Source of the DNA: Candidatus Omnitrophota bacterium
Lineage (GTDB): Bacteria > Omnitrophota > Gorgyraeia > Gygaellales > Profunditerraquicolaceae
Direction of reading: 5' to 3'
Length of the DNA: 64,000 nt
NCBI GenBank assembly: GCA_026387455.1
Contig: JAPLLR010000046.1
Location: 68,921 to 132,920, forward strand
The notes beneath the pieces were generated by a model. It did no database searches. It saw only the letters and a list, made by a program, of their open reading frames with translations, and was not told the origin of the DNA. The position numbers were made by a program, and so were the translations under genes. Positions 54,001 to 63,000 of the stretch are shown piece after piece (the first letter of the stretch is position 1; every line of letters starts with the position of its first letter).

Positions 54001-57000
54001 AGGAAGGCATCCTGAAGGAACTATTAAATGGCTTGCATTCTTTAAAAACGGGTGTTTCCGTAAAGTGCGAAATAGTAAAGTTGTTAGGTGAAATGCGTAT
54101 CTCTAACGAAAATGTTCAGCGTACCGCTTCTATGATCATTTTTGATGAGATATCTAAGGTCGAAGAATCATCGCTGCGTATCTACATCATAAGAGCGCTG
54201 GGAAATTTGTTCAACGTCGAGCCAAAGGTAGATGGCCAGATATACAGCCAGATCATGTGGCTATTAAGATATACTGCTACCACAAAGAGATGTTATTTGA
54301 CTAAGCCTTCGTTTATCCCCGGGATTATTTTTTGTGAAAAGGAGATGACCTTCAGCGATAAAGAGCAGGAAGAGGCTATCCGTCAGCTCGCCCGGATTTT
54401 TGTCAAAGGCGTGTACTCACTCGATAGGCATTTTAAGGCCGGAGGGGATATTTTCCGATATAATAATTTTGGGCGCGTTCATCAGTATTTTAGCGGGTTC
54501 TGCAATGATTTAAGCTCTATTCTGGATGGTAGGGAGAATGAATCTTATTCTTCAAATGTTTCCGTGCGGCTGGCCGCAGCGTATGCATTCGCAACTGTGG
54601 TGAGAGAGTGGAAGGAATTCCTTTTTTACTTGGGAGAGAATGGTTACGGATCATTGGTGGAGCCGTATTTTATAAATATGCACAAATTTGTCCTCAGGCG
54701 CATTCATTCTTTTGTATACGGCGACGATACCTCTCGAATTGAGAGCGATATGCGGGTTCGGCTAGTCCTGGCTGAGATTATTGCTGATGCCGGAAAGCTA
54801 GACCCCGAAGAATCAAAGAGGCTTACCAGTGATTTATCGAAATTGGCATACGATTTGGATAATGAGCCCTATGTCGCTCAGACTGTCGGGGTAATCGGTC
54901 GGATTAATAATTCCCTGGGGATGCGGTTAAGTTCTTGCCTTTTGAAAGATTCAAATCTTTGCCGGGGGCATAATTATCCCGGAGCCATGCAAGGGGAAGC
55001 GGTTTATGAAATTACCCTTGAGCAGAAGGATAATTTCCGCAGATACGTTGAAAAAGCGGGTTTCCGGTGGGAGCAGGTAGTGCTTGTGGCAACAACAGAA
55101 AGCGGCAAGGTAGCCGATACTCAAACAATTCAGAACAAGTTCGCCATTTTAAAGGCATTGGCGGCGCGCGCTCCGCCTTTTAGTGAAAACAACGTTGAAG
55201 TTTCTGCTTTTCAGGAGCTAGTCAAAGAGATTCTCACTCACGAAATTAATCGCTCACACCATGATGCCGTCCAAAATACCATCAAATCCTACCGGCAAGA
55301 TCCCTTTAAGTTTGCGCAGCTGTCTTATGCCGCCAAGTTTTGCGGAATTACATTTGACCCGGAGCTAGATGTTGAGTTCAGTGATTTGCGCTTAAAGCTT
55401 AAAGGCTACTACGATCCGCATCCGAAGGAAGAAATCGTAGTCTATGAAAATTTAAAGGAAGTAGAGCTGTATCTTACTGTAAAATTGGAAAATGGCCGGC
55501 AGCCATTGATTCCTAATAGGCAATTAGTTATGTATGTTTGGTGCAGCTATTCCGGCAATCCCGCTAGATGGTTCAATGTGCCGATGGAGATGGTGAATGA
55601 TTACGCTGACGGCAGTTATCGTTTCTTGGCGAAGATGCCCGCGTATTTTAGTGGCACTTATACCTATATATTCTCCATGGATTTTGGCTTTAGCTGGGTA
55701 TGGCTAAACCCCGGGATGCACCATAATCGCACTATTATTAATCAATTCAGCCAAGCTCTTGCCGCAGAATATGAACAGGAGGCATCGCGTTCTGCTAACG
55801 CTTATCTTAAGTCAGCACTTTCCCTCTCTGATAGTGAAGCTTTACTCGAACATGTTAACAATACCTTGGCTAATCCGCTGGAATCGATCCTGAGAAAGAC
55901 ATTTAGGGAACGGGGGTATTCAATTCTTTACTATATCGGCGGAGGTTATCATGGCTGGGTTTATCTGGCGGTTGACATCAACACCTCAAAGCTTTATGCC
56001 ATAAAAATAGCCAATCCGTATGAAATAGACTGTTCTGGATATTGCTCTTCAATGCACTCAGCTATTGAATTCTGGAAGCATAGCGGTATCTTTAGAAATG
56101 AATTCCCGGCACTGGTAAATATGGTGGAGGCAGGATTTATTGATAACCGAAGTTTACGGAAACATCTGCTGCCTTGTGATAATTTTCTTGATCAGGCATT
56201 GGGTAGTTGGGATTATCACTATCAGATTATGGAACTCGTCCACGGAGAAAACCTGGAAAACATTCTACGCGAGGGGTCTTTTCGGGGTAAGGGAGCCGCG
56301 TATTTATTGGATCCGATTGCCGATTTCTTGGAGAGGATCGAGTATTTGCATTCGAGGAAGCTGGCGCATGGCGAGTTGGTGCCTAAGAATATTATTATGG
56401 ATGATAAGTTGAGGTTTGTGGCTTGCGATCTGGATCCTTTGAGTTCATTTGGCTCATCGCACAGCGTAAAAGACTGGAGTGATAAGATTGTCGAGGTTAT
56501 CACTAAGGGGGTTAAAGATTCCCGGAACTTGTATGGTGTATTCTCACAATTATTAATTCAGGCGAGCTTAGATACTGGTGAGGAGGAAAGGGTTAAGAGT
56601 CTGCTTGGGGAGTGGGGAGAGAATAGGCTTTTATCGCAAGGGCTTCGTTCTTTTGCTCAGTCTTTGAGAGGCTTGAAACAAAGTTTATCGGGCTCACTTG
56701 GCGTTATTCATCAGGCAGCTGATCATCCGCTCAGGCCCATTGACCAGGCTCTAGCGGCGTTTAAATATCTTCGCGAACCGAAGGTTGCCGCGGGATTTTT
56801 CAGGATCGCCTGGTATACAGCGGCCGCAAATTACGAACATTTACGCGCTAACGGTGTCAGGGGACCACCTGCCTTGATTAAAGCGCTTTTCTATACAACC
56901 GCAGTAAGCGTTAAGGGCCAACCTTATTGGTATATCAATCAAAATTTCCTGCCGCGGGATATTCGTCAGTTAGTCGAGATCCACGAGAAAGACACCAAAG

Positions 57001-60000
57001 ATTGCAAAGAGGGTAATGGCGCGATAGCAGAAGCTTTACGATTACGCGAGTCGCTCTATAGGATGGGCGAGCGTGGTTATCTTAGTCGCTATTATACTCT
57101 GAAAGAATTGTTTAATCTCTCCGCGTCACTCGGTAAAGAGGGAAAGATAATCGAGGCTTTTGTTTTGTTGCAGGCGATTCTGAAAGTCGATCCTAAATAT
57201 GCTCCGGCGTACTTGAATCTCGGAACAATCTATGATTATCAGTGGTCCGATAAAGAACAGGCTATTGACAGTTGGGCGCGGGCAATGGCGCTAAGCAATG
57301 GCCAGGAACTTTTTTCTGAATTGGATAAATTACCTTCGGAATTTAAAGAAGCGGTGGTTAAGAAAGCTTTATTGTCCCGCACTGTGCCTCCAGGAGAAGG
57401 CCAGGATCCAGCGCGTAGTTCAAGTCCGCTGACTTCGGAAGAAGTAAAGCAGATAGAAGAGATTTTGCGCAAGAATTCCGCAGAAATCGCCGCTTTATCC
57501 GAAACATTTACTGATAGGACGCGAAGACTCAGCCTTACTAGGAGATTGAAAGAAGAGGAACTTTTCGTATGGGTAAAGATCCTGGAAAACGTTTTAGTGG
57601 TACGCGCGCCTCCGGGATCACGCTTGATGCAGGAACTAAGGGACTTCCAGAAGAAATACTCCCGCCAAAACGAAAAACTGAAAATAACCCTCCTCAATAC
57701 CCGTATTGGTGAGCAAGATTTAATTATTTTGATAGATTTACCGGAACAGAATAAATTTGATTTCCAGAAGGCGCTGGCGCATGAAGTCGTAGCTATCTCG
57801 CTTAGAGGCAGCGGTCTCAGCTATAAGAAAATACATCAAAGCGCTATCGAAGCCGAAAGAGTGGTCTATAAATATCTGAAGCGAGGATGGACGCCAAGTA
57901 GGATTAAGGAAGAATTGCTTAGTCGTTATAGAGATTACCTGCATTTACGAAAGATAGGAGCTTTAACTTGCAGGGATTTTAAGAGCTATTTATCTGGTAT
58001 CGGGGATGGTTTTGTGCAGACGCTGAGGATTAGGTTTGTGGAGCTGGTAGGAAAAAAGGCGGCAAGGCGGCTGGACTCTCAAGGATATCGCCACCTGGAT
58101 TATTACCTGGCTTTAGTTGGGATAAATGCTACTGATGATGCGGCAACGCAGGAGGTGGTATTCAGCGATTTACCAAATGAGACGGTAGGGGGATTTATTC
58201 AAACGGCAGATATAGACGGTTATAGGCCTGCGCAGGACGGCATGCGGCGCATAGCCAGAGAAGCTCTTGATGAGGTGCTACCAACGCTTACCCCCAGAGA
58301 ACAGCTGATGTTGAATGAGTATTATGGTTTGGAAGGTACGCGGTATTCAGTAGCTCAGATATCAATAAAGCATTGTATCCATGAGCAGAGGGCGAAACAA
58401 ATAATCAATAAAGCATTCAGAAAGTTAGCTCATTCGTCAAGGCAGGGTAAATTATTCTCTGTCATTGAAGAAGAGCTTCCGGGCTATCGTTCTTACGTGA
58501 ATTCACGCCTTTTGCGCGCGTATTTTGAAGCAGTAAGAAATTCCCGATCTGATCAAGAGGCGCAAGAAACCCGCGGTAAATCCGGAACTTTAAGCCGCAA
58601 AGACTTAAAAAGAATAGAAAAAGCCATAAGGCACGGGAGGGCAATGGTAGTTGATCTGCCTTGGGTAAATAAATATTTGGTTGATCAGCAGGAGGGAATT
58701 AATAAGATACTCACTCAGGCTAAAGATATCCGCGCCGGGCCTGTTGTGCAAAGCATTGACCGCATTCTGGTATTAAGGCACAAGGCAATAGGCATGGATA
58801 AAGATTTCGGAGCTGTAATCATTGATTTTAATGGCAAGATCACATTAGTAATTACTGAAGAAAGCCTGCCGCGTTTCCAGAATAAATCTCGGGAAGCCGC
58901 AGAAGATTTAACCCACGAAGTTGTTGAACACTCCCTTAAGGATCTTCCCAATCCCCATCAAGAAACAGAGAGGTTGATCAATTCAGCCAAAGACGCTAGC
59001 CGCAGCCGCCTATCTGCTTTCTTCAGGAAACCCAAAGTAATAGTGATCATTTCTGCTTTGGCATTTATCGCGACATTGCTTGGAGTAAAGCTGGGAATTA
59101 AGCGCCCAGCTGCTGAATTTGGTTTTCAAGATGATTTGGGCAGAAGGATACTTACATATAAGGATGCAAAGTCAGAAGAATTAAAGTTATTAGAGAAAGT
59201 ATCCGCGCAGACAATCGAAAATGAAAAATTAGACCTCATCAAGATCGCAATCGCCATGGCCGGAGCTTTCTCCGGGCAAGATGACTTGACTCTGGTGCTG
59301 GACCTTTGGAAAAGCGATAATCTGCGCATCTGTAGGGCAACAGACGAGCAGTTGATCCGGCTTTATAAATTCAGCCAGGGCTATATTCCGGAAGGTCTCG
59401 AGGGCCGCGCCCCAGCCGGATTGCATATAGAGATAGTCAGCAAAAAAGATAATTCAAAGAACTATTTGATTATCCTTAATGAAAATGTTTTAAATGATCC
59501 CGCGAGAATGCTCGCTGATTTTATCCATGAGGCCTTCGGCCACCTGCTTAACGGGATCAAGCACGGCCCGTTGCGCTTCGAGGAGGATGAGATCAGGGCA
59601 TCCCAGACGCAGCTTTTGATCTTGCAAAGTTTCTTGCGTTATAAAGAAACTATCATCAAGGCCGTAGAGAAATCTGACGTAAATAAAGAAGGAGTAGATT
59701 TTTTAAAAGATGCGCTGGATTCTAAGAAGCAGGAAAAGGCGATTGATAATGCAAAATATTGGATAAAGTATTATCAGCAGAAGATCAAGGACCGCAAAAA
59801 TGCAGATGGGGTATTTTCTAAGGCCGGATTAAGTCTGCCTGCGTTCCTTGGACTGGTGGCGCTGGGCGCGCTGGCGGCGATTATTGGTTTAGCGAGTTAT
59901 CCTGCTACCGCCGGATCTGTGGCAGAATTTGCGTTTCTGCCAGTACTTTTTAGCACAGTAATTTTCTCAAATCATGATCCTGCCTATTCTAAGAAAGATC

Positions 60001-63000
60001 TATTTGAGTATATCGCAGAAAAAGCCTTAACAATTTCTGAGCTTAAAATAGGACAAATTTACAGCTTTGGAGATCTGGCATTTGAGCTTGCCGGGATCGG
60101 TGGTACATTCACTGCCTATAAATGTCTGAGCGGGGACAGGTCTTATGCGGTATTGGTTTCTAACCCGGGCCAGGACCCCAAAGTTTTTAAGTCCCAAACG
60201 CAATTATACCAAGCCATCAACCCCCATGGTAGAGTGCCATATCTTCCGTGTTTGTATTTTGAAAAGAGGCTTCAAGATAGTGTTGTCTTAATAATGTCCT
60301 GGTTCCCCAAAGGCTTCCCGATGTCACAAACAGTTTTTTCTGGATGGAGTGATCTTCAGAAAGCCCGGCTTGCCTTGGTTATCGCCGGCGCAATGCGATA
60401 CCTGTATGATTGCGAAGTCCTCCATCGCGACCTTACTCCTAATAATATTTGGATCCCAGATGCGCTGAGCAAGGAACCAGACAGCATCCAGGCAAATCCG
60501 CCTATTATCTTTGATTTTGCTTATGCGGACTTTTTAGGCGTTGAGTCGGCAATCGAAGTATTTACACCGGGTTACTCATACTTATTGCCGGCTTCGGAAG
60601 GTGACCCTTTCAACGCTGACGTGCGCAAAGATTTATTTGGTTATGGCGCTGTGCTAGCATATATTTTCGGAGATACGAGGTTAAAGAATGGCAAAAATTT
60701 CAAAGATGAAATGCTTAAAGCGTTGGGCTGCGAACATCATATTCGTCCGCGCAGGATAGTGATCGATGGAAGGCATGGATGCTGGCTTAGGAATAAATAC
60801 GAAAAAATCGCTTTGGGAGCAGTAGTCAGGCAGCATCGCGTAAACGGGATAATAAGAAATTCCGGTATTTCTAATCCTGTCAAAAGATTACTCTTGGGGC
60901 TATTAAGGATTGAGCCTTCAGAAATAAATTTTGGATGGGAAAAGATCATTTGCAATCTAAAAGAAATCATGCGCAAAGTTCACGTTTTTTCCCGCCAAGA
61001 TCTGATCGTTCTCCTTGGGCTGGTGGCGTTTAGCACGCTGGCAGCTATTATCGGTGTTAGCACAGGTTCTTTCATTGCCGCGCCTTTTTTACTTGGGGCG
61101 GTCCGGCCAGATTACCCTTCAGCATCAAATATATTCGGCTTAAGACAGGGTTTGGTTGTCATAAAACAGCGTATTCAAGAGGAGCTGGCAAAGGGCCGCG
61201 ATAGGCCGGTGATTATTCTGATTAAGGGTAAGTCCGGAAGCGGCAAGACCCTAATAAGAAATACGCTACTTGATTGGCTGAAATCAAGCGGGATGGACAA
61301 AAAAGCTGCCTTTAGGGAACAAAAAAGAACTCCCCCGAAATTATGGGCAAAGATGACGTTCGCTGGCTTATGCCAGGAGTACCGTTCTCTAGATGTTCTT
61401 CTGGTGGAAGGGGTCAACAATATACCGCAGGATAACGATTCTCTTGACGTATTTGCCGAAGTGATAGTTACGGATAATAAAGTAAGGAGGGGCCGGCTTA
61501 AGAATAGGGCGCGCGACCGTTTCCCTGGACGGTGGCAGATAATACAACGTTTAATGCATGTGAATAAATATATGTCCGTGAAAGAAACCAATGGCCCGCG
61601 CAATCCTGATATCATCATCGATACCACTGAGTCTTATAATCATTCATACATGTATCCGATAATGTTTATACTTTTAGGTTTCTTTGGATTTTTCGCGTTC
61701 GCTCTTTCTGGCTTCGGAACGAGCATGCTAGCTACCGCCGGGCCGGTTGTGCTTGTATTCGGCTTGCCATGTTTGCTTGCCACAGTAACACACTTCAGTG
61801 AAAACAGCCCGCCCACCGATGTCAACAAAGAAGAGAGTTTACAAAGGGGGGCTTTTAAGGCTATCCGCCTTGCAATAATTAAGGAGAGGGCGCAGAAAGT
61901 AAATCAGGCTCTGGTTAGGCCGCCTAGTGAATCCGAGACGCTGCTATTGATAGAGGCTAAGGCAGAATATGTGGAAGCTAATTTCAATAAGCTTCAGTGG
62001 GAAGATCCTTATGTGTTTATTGCAAAGTGTGAAGACATGCTCACTAAATTGCGTAAAAAAGCTAAAGAGGAATTGTGGAAGAATAGGCCTGAAGTAAACG
62101 AGGCTTTCCAGAGCTTGGTGCAGCGTATTTTATTTTTCATCAGAGAGACCCGGGCAAATATTAAACTGCTCGCCGAGCAGGATAAGGATGACCTTGTTTA
62201 TTCTGACACGGAAGATTCTATTGATGGGAATGTTAGTGAAGACAAAGATGGCGTTGAGGATGATGAATCTGATGAGGATTCTGCCGATGATCCCGGATTA
62301 GGGCATATCGTGCCAATGATTGCTTTTATTTTGGGTGCTTGCTTACTGGGCGCGCTGGCGGCGTTGGCTTCGCACGGCCTGCCATTTCTTCTTGGCGCCT
62401 GTGCGCTGGGGACGGAGGTTTCTGTGAAGGGGGATAATGCAGAAGAAACAGGAGATGTTTCCCGGATGTTTGCTCAAAAGAAGGCAGGGCTTGAGAGAAT
62501 CCGCAGAGCCGATATCCGCGAAAAAGTAAAAGGTATCCTTGACCATATAGAGAATGAAGTGAATAAGATAAAACCAGAGGATGGGCGGGAGTTTATCATT
62601 AATGGCCTAAGCCTTTTATTCAGGCAGGATATCAATATATTTGCTAAAGTTTTGCTCATCGAAGGATTTCATATAGAGGAATACATTAAGAATCACAAAG
62701 AAAGCGGCAATAGCCCGCAATGTTCGGTAGGGATGCTCGATGATTTAATTCAGGATGCGTTGCCTATGGCTAAAGCCGCATTTTATCTTACTAAATTTTC
62801 TGTGGTAGTAGTGCTTGAGGATACGCTGTCGCCATTTGCAAATACCAATGGATTAAAGCGCCTTTTGCTTCAGGCAGAATCGTTGATAATAGAGAGTGGT
62901 TGGCTTAAAACTCACTCCGAATTATTGACTAAAGTTAATGTTATTTACTTAATGAAAACTAGTGACGATGGACAGGATACGGCGGCAGATGTTGCGGGTT

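Noticed and set aside
3586-56412. Short + strand ORFs in frames 1 and 2 (for example 5984..6400, 9205..9480, 41002..41232, 56140..56412)
   Set aside because: Their translations are low-complexity or Arg/Cys/Ser-rich junk with no SD, and they overlap well-defined frame-3 domains. Only the two frame-2 ORFs at 13391 and 19991 have an SD, a paralog and protein-like composition.
50690-57800. Additional HExxH occurrences (CHEILGHRL ~50697, AHEVVAIS ~57780)
   Set aside because: A short HExxH arises often by chance in a translation of more than 21,000 aa. Without flanking zincin features these were not called as domains.
62200-62300. Acidic Asp/Glu/Ser-rich tract DTEDSIDGNVSEDKDGVEDDESDEDSADD
   Set aside because: This is a low-complexity linker preceding a TM helix, probably just a flexible acidic spacer. 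It is noted but not considered a discrete functional element.
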